A DNA stretch of 64,000 nt, taken from assembly GCA_964036045.1 (NCBI GenBank), contig OZ038378.1, forward strand, positions 10,354,001-10,418,000. Direction: 5' to 3'. A program made the translations under genes and the position numbers. The stretch comes from Eutreptiella sp. 'Long Island Sound 2002' (Eukaryota > Protista > Euglenida). Within the stretch, counting starts at the first letter, position 1. The number at the start of each line of letters is the position of its first letter. Below are positions 1 to 11,336 of this stretch, one piece after another. A model generated the notes under the pieces. It did not search any database. It had not been told where the DNA came from and saw only the letters and a program-made list of their open reading frames with translations.

Positions 1-1740
1 GTCCTGTCCCAACCCAACCCAACCCCCGACCTCCGTGGTGCATAGCAGACCGGGAGGGCGTGCTGTGGGTAACACGCGATCTGTCACACACCCACCCTCC
101 CCCGCTGCACAACGTTGTGTATTTGTCTGCTTACCTACACCACAGCGTTCGTCTGCTTACCTACGCCACAGCGGCCCTGACAGCCCTCCATCATCAGCTT
201 AGCCGCCACCACGGCGTAAACAATCCTTGTGCTCACGCCACTTCGGTTGCACCACCGATGCGGTGGAGGTCGGCAGCAGGTACTGTCCTGTTCATCGGCC
301 GTCAATCGTGGCAGCTTTAAGGAGGAAAAGCCTTCAGGACCCCTACAGCACTACCCCCTATGAAGCACCCATGCACAGAGCAATGCCGGACCCATGTACA
401 CAAGTGTGGCCACTCCCAAGCCCTTTGCCCACCGTTACTCACGCCACGCCCGCCCCCCCAGGACCACCGCAGGTACCAAATCCATACGATCCATTGGGGC
501 TCCCGCTCTGGGAACGGGGAGTTGTGCAGCTGTGGGGGGGAGGGGGGGGCAGGGGTAGTAGGCCCCCAAAACACTCTCCAGTGGGGCCCTTTGGCTGTGC
601 ACAATGCAGACCATTGCACACCATTTGTCAAGTGTCAAAAGACCAGGAACATTACATCACCGCACACAAATCTTGGTATTGCACGAGCTTGTCTTCAAAC
701 GGTGCCGACTTGGTGCCATGAACCATCCAAAGGGGGGTGGGTTTGCCACTTGTTAGTTGCGGTTCAACGCACTTTGGGTGTGTTTGGGAGAGGCGTGTCC
801 CTGGGTTGTGGACGGCCGATGCTTTGGCGGTGCAGTGTCTGCTGCCTGCGGAACATTAGTCTCAGTTTTCGTCTGTGCTGACTGGACCCGGGGGGGGGGG
901 GGGTCTCACGTGGGTGACCCTTCTCTAGTTTGGGGGGTCGTATAATCCAATGCACCAATGCCGAACGATCCAACAGCATTGCCCATTCAGCTGGACACAG
1001 GGCATAAGTGCTGGCATAGACGCAGGCAGGCGCAGCCGTCGCCACGCAGGCACGAGGCCCGTGGGGGTTGAACGGATGTGCCTGCCCGACCTTTATGCCT
1101 TGCCGGGCTGCGGCCTGTGGGCAGGGCATAGGGAAGGGCATAGTGGGTGCGCATGCGCACTGTGCTCGCACCACGCGCCTTCCGGAACACTCTTCTCAGG
1201 TGCGAAGGAGGTGAGATCAGCCAACACCCAATCGATGAGCAGCCGTAGGAGGGGGTTGCTCTAGCCCCGGGCACTCTTCGTTGGTGCCACAGGAAATGCC
1301 ATTCAGCCGGCAAGCACGGCTGCTGCGCACGCACTGCGGTGAGAGCCCTCGTGGGAAGAGAGCGTAGCAAAGGCTGCATGCCTGGGCCAGGGTGCAGGGG
1401 TAGGGGGCGAAGCACGCCGGAAGACCTGATTGCAAACGCAATGGCCCCCTTCATCATCGTTTTTGTCACGTTGGGGTCCTGTCATCCAAAAGAGTGACGC
1501 GGCATGAGGCAAGTGGGGGCGCCGCAGGGCACAACGGGTGAGGCACCAGCAAGAGACCGCATGCAGCCGCAGCAACATGAGGGGACAAAACCAGAGACTA
1601 CCCACACAATGCCGTGCGTGATACCTTGACCCCTCCATTTACCACCGGGTCCTGACCAGTCACCCAGTGCAAGGGCGGTCCTTAACAGAGTAAAAAAAAA
1701 AGTTCTACTGCGCCGGAACTGGAGTGAGGTCCCCTATCCC

Positions 1741-2782
1741 TAATCAAGACTCAATATTGGGACCGAGCTGGTGGGGGAGGGAACATCAGCTATGACTGGT
1801 GAGGGACATCAAGAATGTTTCAAACATTGATGGCTCTTGACAGAGTGAAATCACCTTGCAAGTGAACCCCATTGCCACGAGGCCCACTTTCAAGGCTTTT
1901 TGGACTTCTCAAGGGCCAAAATGGCCCAAAATGGGCTCAAAATGCGCTCATTGCACCCGTTTGTGCACCCCAAATGGTCTAGGATGAGGTCTGGGAAAAT
2001 GCGTTTTTGACCCATTTTGACCCATTTTTGGTCCCAAAACACCCCATTTTCAAGGCATTTTGGGATTGGCGGAGGACCCAAATGGGCCACCACAAGCTCA
2101 AAACGGTCCAAAAACACTTGTTTTAGCGTCGCACATGGTGTAGGATCATTTTTGAGAAAAGTCATTTTTTTGCCCCTACTGGACCCTGTTGACCCATTTG
2201 GGCACCCACGTGTTTGGGCTTGAGCTTGCAGCTTGCCGCAGCCTAGTGGGCCTAGGTATTGGGGTCTAGGCGTCCCTTTGGGCAATTCTGAGGGGTGGAA
2301 ACCACAAAAAGGGGGGGGTTGCGGGTGTAGTAGGTGCCCTCAGGATCGCATTTTGAGCCATGTAGCCAAAGATATGGCCTATTCTTGGTTTGTGGCTGTC
2401 GGCATTGGGAGCTTTTGGGGCGCTTTTTGGGCCTTTTCCGGGACATATCATGGAGTTAGAGGGCGGCAAAGAGCTCGTTGACACGGGGAAGTCAAGCCGC
2501 ACGTTGAGTGTACCCACCGTTTCCCTTCGTTTGGCCGTTTTGAATGCGTTCCAAGGCTTTTTTGGCCCAAAAATGGCTGTTTTTGGCCCTAAACTGCAGT
2601 TTTTGAAACTGAGGTCCGCCACTTGCGCATCCTGTTCTCGGCCGCCACCGTTGAGTTTTTTGCTCCAACTTTGTGTGATTGTATTTCACACCCATAGGTA
2701 TCATCCACCAAATTTTCAGCCGAATCTGAAGCACCACGACGGAGGTCTGATTTTTTCCCATTTCGCGCGTGCTGCTGCTTGC

Positions 2783-2813
<31 letters not shown>

Positions 2814-2955
2814 GCTGCTGCTCCTGCTGCTGCTAAACCTGGTAGGTCCACCCTAGACCCTAAAAAGGGTTATAAAACCAAGACTGTTTCCACCAACTCG
2901 GTGACCCTGGCCCTAACCGTAACCCTAACCCTACCCCTAGGGCTACCCCTAACCC
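1741..2955 (+). repeat. ~1.2-kb repeat family unit, copy 1 (contains a GCTT/GCT microsatellite and ends in a degenerate CCCTAA tract)
   Basis: Junction TAATCAAGACT..ATATTGGGACCGAGCTGGTGGGGGAGGGAACATCAG recurs at 1741 and 2956 (period 1215). The body aligns by eye with 2956-4072 and 4455-5530. Confidence 0.9.
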
Positions 2956-2957
2956 TA
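2905..2957 (+). repeat. Interstitial degenerate telomere-like tract (CCCTAA variants)
   Basis: CCCTAACCGTAACCCTAACCCTACCCCTAGGGCTACCCCTAACCCTAATC. Shorter versions occur at 5464-5476 and, inverted, at about 6881-6890 and 8354-8365 (TTAGGGTTAGGG). Confidence 0.75.
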
Positions 2958-3979
2958 ATCAAGACTGAATATTGGGACCGAGCTGGTGGGGGAGGGAACA
3001 TCAGCTATGACTGATGAGGGACATCAAGAATGCTTCACACATTGATGGCTCCTGACAAAGTGAAATCAGCTTGCAAGTGAACCCCATCACCACAAGGCCC
3101 ACTTTCAAGGCTTTTTGGACTTTTGAGGGGCCAAAATGGCCCAAAATGGGCTCAAAATGGGCTCATTTCACCCGTTTGTGCACCCGGAATGGTCTAGGAT
3201 GAGGTTTGGAAAAATGTGTTTTTGTGGTCCCAAAACAGCCCATTTTCAAGGCATTTTGGGATTTTCGGAGGACCAAAATGGGCCACCACAAGCTCAAAAC
3301 GGTCCAAAAACACTTGGTTTAGCGTCGCACATGGTCTAGGATCATTTTTTGGGAAAAGTCATCTTTTTGCCTCTAGTGGACCCTGTTGACCCATTTGGGC
3401 ACCCACCTGGTTGGGCTTGAGCTTGCAGCTTGCCGCAGCCTAGTGGGCCTAGGTATTGGGGTCTAGGCGTCTGTTTGGGCAAATTCGAGGGGTGGAAACC
3501 ACAAAAAGTGGGGGGTTGCGGGTGGACTAGGTGCCCTCGGAATCACATTTTGAGCCATGTAGCCAAAGATATGGCCTATTCTTGGTTTGTGGCTGTCGGC
3601 ATTTGGAGCTTTTGGGGGCCTTTTTGGGCCGTTTCCGGGACATATCATGGAGTTAGAGGGCCGCAAAGGGCTCGTTGGCACGGGAAAGTCAAGCCGCACG
3701 TGGAGTGTACCCGACCTTTCCCTTTGTTTGGCCGTTTTGAATGTGTTCCGGGGCTTTTTTGGCCGAAAAATGGCTGTTTTGGCCCTAAACTGCAGTTTTT
3801 GAAACTGAGGTCCGCCACTTGCGAATCCCGTTCCCGGCCGCCACCGTTGAGTTTCTTGCTCAAACTTTGTGTGATTGTACTTCACACCCATAGGTATCAT
3901 GCACCAAAATTTCACCCGAATCTGAAGCACCACGACGGAGTTCTGATTTTTTCCCATTTCGCGCGTGCTGCTTGCTTGC

Positions 3980-4014
<35 letters not shown>

Positions 4015-4072
4015 GTTAAACCTGGTAGGTCCACCCTAGACCCTAAAGAGTGTTATAAAACCAAGACTGGTG
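2956..4072 (+). repeat. ~1.2-kb repeat family unit, copy 2 (3'-truncated)
   Basis: Same ordered blocks as copy 1 up to AAACCTGGTAGGTCCACCCTAGACCCTAAA..TTATAAAACCAAGACTGG, followed by an unrelated segment at 4076-4453. Confidence 0.9.
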
Positions 4073-4454
4073 CCATTCCGCCATATCCCATTAATTTGTG
4101 CCACGTGAGTTGGAAAAAAATTCGCGTGAATTTTTTTTCCTGCCCCCCACGTCGCCCTTAGCTTACTGCATACGTTGTGTTGTTTTGGACCACGTTCATC
4201 CTAACCTTGAAGCGAGCAACCTAACCCCGTACTCCACTCGGAATGAATGTGCTCCCCAAGCTTCGTGTTGACGTCTGCGCTCGGCTTTCGCTTCACCGCG
4301 ATCCCGTTCCTCTTTGTCTTGTTATGAGCAAATCGATGCATATGTACAATGCATTGTACTTCCTGCCACATACCTGTACCAAAAAATTGATGTCTCTATC
4401 CAGCTATTGTGTGCCTGTCAAGTGTTGCATGTTCCTTGTTTCACGCATTACGGG

Positions 4455-5530
4455 GTGCCACGAGGCCCACGTTCAAGGCTTTTTGGACTTCTGAGGGGCC
4501 AAAATGCCCCCAAAATGGGCTCAAAATGGGCCTATTTCACCCGTTTGTGCACCCCAAATGGTCTAGGATGAGGTCTGGGAAAATGCGTTTTTGACCCATT
4601 TTTGACCCATTTTTGGTCCCAAAACAGCCCAGTTTCAAGGCATTTTGGGATTGGCGGAGGACCCAAATGGGCCACCACAAGCTCAAAACGGTCCAAAAAC
4701 ACTTGTTTTAGCGTCGCACATGGTATAGGATCATTTTTGAGAAAAGTCATCTTTTTGCCCCTACTGGACCCTGTTGACCCATTTGGGCACCCACCTGTTT
4801 GGGCTTCAGCTTGCACCTTGCCGCAGCCTAGTGGGCCTAGGTATTGGGGTCTAGGCGTCTGTTTGGGCAAATTCGAGGGGTGGAAACCACAAAAAGTGGG
4901 GGGTTGCGGGTGGAATAGGTGCCCTCGGAATCACATTTTGAGCCATGTAGCCAAAGATATGGCCTATTCTTGGTTTGTGGCTGTCGGCATTTGGAGCTTT
5001 TGGGGGCCTTTTTGGGCCGTTTCCGGGACATATCATGGAGTTAGAGGGCCGCAAAGAGCTCGTTGACACGGGGAAGTCAAGCCGCACATGGAGTGTAGCC
5101 ACCGTTTCCCTTTGTTTGGCCGTTTTGAATGGGTTCTAGGGCTTTTTTGGCCGAAAAATGGCTGTTTTGGCCCTAAACTGCAGTTTTTGAAACTGAGGTC
5201 CGCCACTTGCGAATCCCGTTCCCGGCCACCACTGTCAAGTTTCTTGCTCAAACTTTGTGTGATTGTACTTCACGCCCATAGGTATCATCCACCAAAATTT
5301 CACTCAAATCCAAAGCACCACGACGGAGTTCTGATTTTGGCCCATTTCGCGCGTGCTGCTTGCTGCTTGCTTGCTGCTTGCTGCTTGCTTGCTAAACCTG
5401 GTAGGTCCACCCTAGACACTAAAAAGGGTTATAAAACCAAGACTGGTTCCACCAGCTCGGTGACCCTAACCCTAATCAAGACTGAATACAGGGACCAAGA
5501 TGGTGGGGGAGGGAACATCACAAAAACTAG
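4455..5530 (+). repeat. ~1.2-kb repeat family unit, copy 3 (5'-truncated)
   Basis: Starts at GTGCCACGAGGCCCAC..TTCAAGGCTTTTTGGACTT and ends with the CCCTAACCCTAATCAAGACTGAAT junction at about 5464-5486. Confidence 0.9.
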
Positions 5531-6980
5531 TAGAAGCGGCCGAATTTGGACGCATGTTGCAGGACACCAAGAACTTTTTAGGCCACTGCACCCCCTGTAC
5601 CTCACCTGAAACCCCTACTTGCTTGCTTCACTCCCTCGAGAGACATGCCCCCCAGCACTTCTGCCGCAATCCTCCCCTATCCACCCCCCCCCCCTTCCAA
5701 ACCCTTCCTTGCTCGCTTTGCACGCCGGAGAGACAAGCCCCGCCTCCACATTCCCCCCGGACCCCCTGGGCTGCTCTAAAATTGCCAATTTCAAGGCTTT
5801 TCGGAAACTTGAATGGGCTAATATGGGTGAAATGTAGCTCAAAATAGCCTTAAACCACTTTTTGGAGCACTCCAACTGAACGAGGAACAAGAAAATTCTT
5901 TTTTTACCACATTTGGACCCACAGTTGACCCCATTAACCCCATCCTAGCACGTGCACCGCGCGCGCTACACCACTCCGTGTTGCCAATAGGGCATTAAAA
6001 GATGTTCACCGCGTGGGAAGAGCTCGCAATTGATCCCTTCATAATGATTTATCACCACAAGGGTGCCCAACGCAATCCATGGCTGTCAAACACAGTGCAA
6101 GAAGGTGGAACTTGAAAACTTATGCAAAAAGGGTGCTTTTCACGCCTGATTTTGCGGTATTCTGTCTAGTGGGGTTTGCACCCAATCAGTGGCCTCAAAG
6201 ACCTCTTTTGGGGCCCCAAAATCAAGCTTGAAAAGCACCCTTTTTGCATAAGTTTTCAAGTTCCACCTTCTTGCACTGTGTTTGACAGCCATGGATTGCG
6301 TTGGGCACCCTTCTGGTGATGAATCTTTATGAAGGGATCAATTGGGACGTATTTCCGCGTTGTCAACATCCTTCAATGCCCTATTGGCACCACCAGCATG
6401 CATGGCGCATGTGCTAGGGTAGGGTGACTGGGTCACCTGTGGGTCCAACTATGATAAAAAATGATTTTTTCCAAAATTGTTCCTCGACCCCTTGGGTGCT
6501 CCAACAAGTGGTTTACGGCTGTTTTGAGCCATATTTGACCCATATTAGCGCTGAAAGATCCCAAAAACCTTGAAATGGGCAATTTCACCACCAATGGTGC
6601 GTACAGGGGAGTCTAGGGGGAAATGCGGGGGGGGGGGGGGGGCTTGTGTCTCGAGTGAGCAAGCAAGGAAAGAAGGGTTTTGGAAGAGGGTGAAAAGGGT
6701 TTTTTGGGGGGGGTGCATATCTCTGCAGCGAGCAAGCGAGCGAGGAAGGATTTCGGGGCGAAAGGGGTGGCATTGGCCTAAATCGTTCTTGGTGTCCCTC
6801 AACATGCATTTTTATTCGGCCCCTTTTTCTAGTGTACTTGATGTTCCATCCCCCAGCATCTCGGTCCTATTCAGTCCTGATTAGGGTTAAGGTCACCGAG
6901 ATGGTGGTAACCATCTAGGTTTTATAACCCTCTTTAGCATCGAGGGTGGACCTACCAGGTTTGGCAAGTAGCAAGCAAGC
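5391..6980. repeat. ~1.6-kb imperfect palindrome (foldback) centred near 6185, with a perfect 84-bp inner stem
   Basis: 6059-6142 is the exact reverse complement of 6229-6312 (86-bp loop). Diverged arms continue outward to AAACCTGGTAGGTCCACCC (about 5394) versus GGGTGGACCTACCAGGTTT (about 6944-6962). Confidence 0.9.
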
Positions 6981-7089
6981 GGGGGGGGGGGGGGGGCACA
7001 ATGGGTCAGGTTTGCTTCACCGCAATTAGCTCCAACCGCGCCTGCCCCACGGTCTTCATTGCTCTCAGTTCAGTGTTCCACATCATTGT

Positions 7090-8400
7090 TCTCTGTGCTT
7101 GCTGTCCGAGTGTTCAATGGCTGGGGTTGAGGGCCAAGCGGGGGGGGGGGGGCTTGTCTCTCGAGCGAGCAAAGCGAGCGAGGAAGGGTTGGGGTTGGGG
7201 GGGGTGATAGGGGAGGGTTGCAGGGAAAGTGCTGGGTTGGGCATGTCTCTCGTGCGACCAAAGCGATCCAGGAGGGGTTTCGGGGGGGGGGGGGGTAGGG
7301 GTGGCTATGTCCTAAATGTGGCCACAATTGTTCTTTGTCTCCCTCAACATGCCTTGTTATTCAGCCCCTTGTACTGGTGTACCTCATGTTCCCTCCCCCA
7401 TCAATTTGGTGCCAATATTCAATCTTGAATGCAGTTTGGGTCGGGGTCACTGAGCTAGTGGAACTAGTAAGGTTTTACAACCCTCTGTGCAAAGATCCCT
7501 TGGTGCCTACGGTTCGGCCGAAATTTTGGTGGATGATATCTGTGAGTGTGAAGCACCACTAAACAAAATTTGATCAAAAAAACTTTAACGGTGGCGGCTG
7601 AGAACAGGCGTTGCAAGTGGTGGACCTAGGTTTCCAATTTTGTCAAAAATGGCCAAAAAATGCCCTTTTTTGGCTAGTTTGGGTGCCTAGCATGTCCTTG
7701 AAGGGGAACCAGCCTAGATGATGAGCAAACACCTTTCACTATTGTCTAGTGGATTTTGCACCCAAGGAGTGGGCTCGGCGTCCGCTTTTTGGGCCCAGTT
7801 GCTACAAAATGGGCATGGAAAAGCACCCTTTGTGCATACTTTTTCGAGTTCCGTCTTCCTACACTGTATTTGACTACCATGGATTGTGTTGGGCCTCCTT
7901 GTGGTGACAAAAAATGATGAAGGGGATCATTTGCGAGCTATTTCCACACTGGCACCCTCTTTGATTTGATGCCTTGTTGGCACCACAGTGTGGGGCAGCA
8001 CGCATGGCGCACGTGCGAGGGTAGGGTTACAGGGTTCATCCTTGGGTCCAAATATGGTCAAAAATTATTTTTGACACAGTTGTTCCCAGACCACTTGGGG
8101 TGTTACAACAAGTGGTGTAAGGCTGTTTTAAGCCATCTTTGACCCATATCAGCCCATCCTAGTTCCCAAAAAGCCGTGAAATGCGCAATATTAGGACCAA
8201 ACGTGCATGACAATGCCCCCGTCCTTGCGGGGCTAGAGTGCAATCCAAATCTGAATGGCATGTTCTTGTATTGGCCTTCCTTCATTGGTGTGCTTACATG
8301 CCGCACCCCTTTCCCAACTTCCCCACCAACTTGGTCCTAATATTCAGTCTTGATTAGGGTTAGGGCTAATACTAGGCTTGGGGTCGGAGTTAGGGTCAAA
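7090..8400 (-). repeat. Reverse-orientation, more diverged fragments of the same 1.2-kb/foldback family
   Basis: Reverse-complement matches to the junction (AATATTCAATCTTGA near 7417, TATTCAGTCTTGATTAGGGTTAGGG at 8341-8365) and a copy of the foldback loop and right arm (GAAAAGCACCCTTTGTGCATA near 7819). Confidence 0.75.
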
Positions 8401-9362
8401 ATTGGGGGTAAGATTAGTGTTGGAGTGCAAAATAGACAAAAATCTCCTTCGCGCGCCTTTGATGCCCGTGTACCGTGAGGCGCCTTCAGCGCCCATAGAC
8501 TCCATAGCCGAGTACCATTAGCAACTAACTGTTGGCCAAAGACGCCCTGGGGGGGGGGGGTGTCCTAGGACTGATGGAGCCAGCCCCCCCGGTGCTTGTA
8601 CCCTTGTGCACTCAATGGGATCTCCAACTTAGTGCTGCCGGGCCACATGCTGGCCTCACAAAGCCATGGGTTAAATCCCCACAATAACAGTTGGGTGCTG
8701 TGGTACTGCATGGGCCCTGGAGCCACCCACAGCCGGGGTGCTCGCCGGTTCACCATCACTCGAACTGCACGCAGTAATGCCAGAGAGCTCCTGCACATGG
8801 GCAGCTGCGTAGTCTCCGAGTGCAAAGTGGTGCTCACAATGGCGCTGGTACTTGGTGATGTTGGTGGTGGCTGGGCTCCTGTCCGCTGATCTTTCTACGA
8901 TGCAGCAACCGCCACACCCAGCAACATTAGGGCACGGCACAGCTGTGCCACCATTGAGCAAAAGGTACCTGCCCATGTGTGCCCTATGTTTCCCTTGGCT
9001 GCAACTCCCTCGATGGCGGCCCCTTTCCACTGCAATCTGCCACAGAAATGCCACCAGTGCATGCCCACTGCTGCTGCCTCCTCCCACCCTTGCCATCATG
9101 TGGTCGAGCGAACACCCCTTGCGGGGGGAGGGGCTTGGGGGGGTGCAGCTGCATGGACACCACTGACTATGGCTCCTATGGCGGTGAGGGGGTGATTATG
9201 CATGCTGCCATACAACGCCATCGGGTCCGAGGATTGCGATACAAGACCATCTCATCTCAAAAATAAAATAAACGAAATAACATGTGGTGTTGCACTTCAC
9301 CGAAAAAAAAAAAACGATGCATGGGACGCCCGGCCACCAGCAGCGGCGGGCTAGCCAGCCAT

Positions 9363-11336
9363 TCACCGACAGTGTTCGGCGATTACCATCTAGAACAGCT
9401 GACTTCGGGCCCAGAGGGCCATCCTTCAGGACCGTCCGTAACCGAAAAACAACCGGTCCCTCTGCTCCGCCCTAATCTGCAGCACCTGCCATGTAAAAAT
9501 ATCCACCACGCCCGACACCATCAGGGACGTCTCATACAGGAACCAGGTGGCCTCTCCCAGATATTGCCTGCCGTAGATGGCCCCCGCCTCTTCATCGGAC
9601 TCCGAATCGCTCTCATCTTGGAACCACACTGAGGCAGAGCCCTTGATCTGCCGCCCCACCTCCAGCACCAAGTTCCCCTGCAAGACGGACGGGCGCACTG
9701 CAGCAGCAGGCAGTGGGCTGGGCGGGGGCCACGCAGATCCGTCGACGTGTCCCACGGCAGGCGGCCCTAGGCCGTCGGATGCGAGGGGAACTTCCACCGG
9801 ATGCCGCCGCATGCGGCTACAGGGGAGGGGGAGGGGGGGGGGGGGCCTTGTACAGGGATTGTTTCACCGGGCCACACCCGTGGGGGAGACACGACTCTCC
9901 AGGGACATAGGAGGAGCTTCTGGGATGTGCGTGATGCAGCGGGCCCCCCTGGGGCTGGTTGCCCTGCTTCCCAAAGCCTGGGAGAGCGCCATGAAACAAA
10001 CACATGAGCCACACCATCCGCATTCGGCAGCCCCTGCCAAAGGTTGTACAGAGGGGGAGGGGGTAATTTCGTGGGAAAATCTCCTCCTTAAGGAAGGTGG
10101 CGAAGTTTTCCCCGGGCGAAATTTAGGGTGTCGGCAGGGCAGTGAAGATGCCATGAGACCGGTGCAGTGCCGAATGCGCTGACTTTGTTCCTGTGTCCAG
10201 TGATGCACAGGGGGCGGAAGAAGGGCGGCGTACCTGGTGGTGCTTCTGCTCCGCCCAGTCTTTCTGCATCTGATGGAACATCTCTTTCTTCTTTTGAAAC
10301 TTTTCTCTGCGTTTCTGAAGCACAGGCAATGCCACATTTTGACCCGCGAACCAACACTCCGTCCCTGACAGCACAGCTTCGCTCCATCCGCATCATCAAA
10401 CGGCAACACAACCGGTGCACGACGACTTGTGGATCAGCGATCAGCGGGGTTCCGTCAAGGGCGCCTGGGCGGCAGGGCTGTCCTCAGTGCAACACAAGGC
10501 ACTCCCGGACTCCGGTACGCCGGGACATCAACAGATACCGACCGATCCGCAACCGCTGTCGGTTACGGGCCATCCCTTCTGCAGAGAGGCACCAGGACTT
10601 CAAAGGACTATGGCCTTCTCATGAGCCGTGTCTTGGGGGAACACAGCCCTCTGGTGCAAGGCACTCTCTCCTTTGCCAGCACTTCGTGAGGAGCTGGGGC
10701 TATTCCCTGCGGGCCGCCATCGCAGATTGGCGCTGGGGCATCTGTGGTCCGCCGGCCGCCGGCTTCTGCCCAGGGGTCGGGCGCAGGTCATGCGCAGGTA
10801 CCATCCGTGAAAACATGGGCAGTTACGCTGGCTCCCGTGGGCACTGGGCACACGCGTTCCGCTCCTGTGAGCAACGCGCATGTTCCTGTGCAAGTACCAG
10901 TGCTCTGCCTGCCTCTACCGGCGGTTTGAGCGCCAGCGGGTCGTGAGTCTCGCTTCCATGCCCCGAAAGACCGGCCACCCGGTGTCGGTGGATCATGGGC
11001 GACCTTTGACCGTTCGATCACGCGACATCCTGCCCCCTGGAACCGGAGGACGTCTTGGAAGAAGAAACCCCCTCTTTCCCCCGGGACGGTCCCACGGACC
11101 AGACCTCACGTGCGCTATCGCATGACAGACACCTGCCTCTTCTCTTCACGGCGCGCACGACGCTCCTCCCGCGCCTGGGCACGCTGCTCTTCCTGCTTCT
11201 GGAGGGCCATGTTCTTGGCGTCTTTGAGCCGCTGGTCCACCTCCTGAGCGGCCCCCTTGGCCATGCGCATGTGCTCCGACGTCTCTACTTCTGCGCCACT
11301 GTTCTCGTAGATAAGCTCCGCCTGTTCCTTCAGTTG
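9363..11336 (-). CDS. 3' part of an intron-containing hypothetical coiled-coil protein gene. Exons 11336-11133, 10314-10234, 9677-9486 and (tentative terminal) 9389-9363.
   Basis: Each internal exon is bounded by a (pyrimidine-rich)..CAG acceptor and a CAG|GT donor, and has length 204, 81 or 192 nt (all phase 0). They join to QLKEQAELIYENSG...EERRARREEKRQ|KRREKFQKKKEMFHQMQKDWAEQKHHQ|GNLVLEVGRQ...VVDIFTWQ|MVIAEHCR*. The 5' exons are not resolved. Confidence 0.65.

Noticed and set aside
4069-4460. 7-bp direct repeat GGTGCCA flanking the segment between repeat copies 2 and 3
   Set aside because: Both flanking units are truncated at these points, so it is not a clean TSD; at most junction microhomology.
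1890-5609. Recurrent ORFs (e.g. 3430-4161, MPQPSGPRYWGLG...)
   Set aside because: They are translations of the 1.2-kb repeat. Stops and frameshifts differ between copies and no domain is recognisable.
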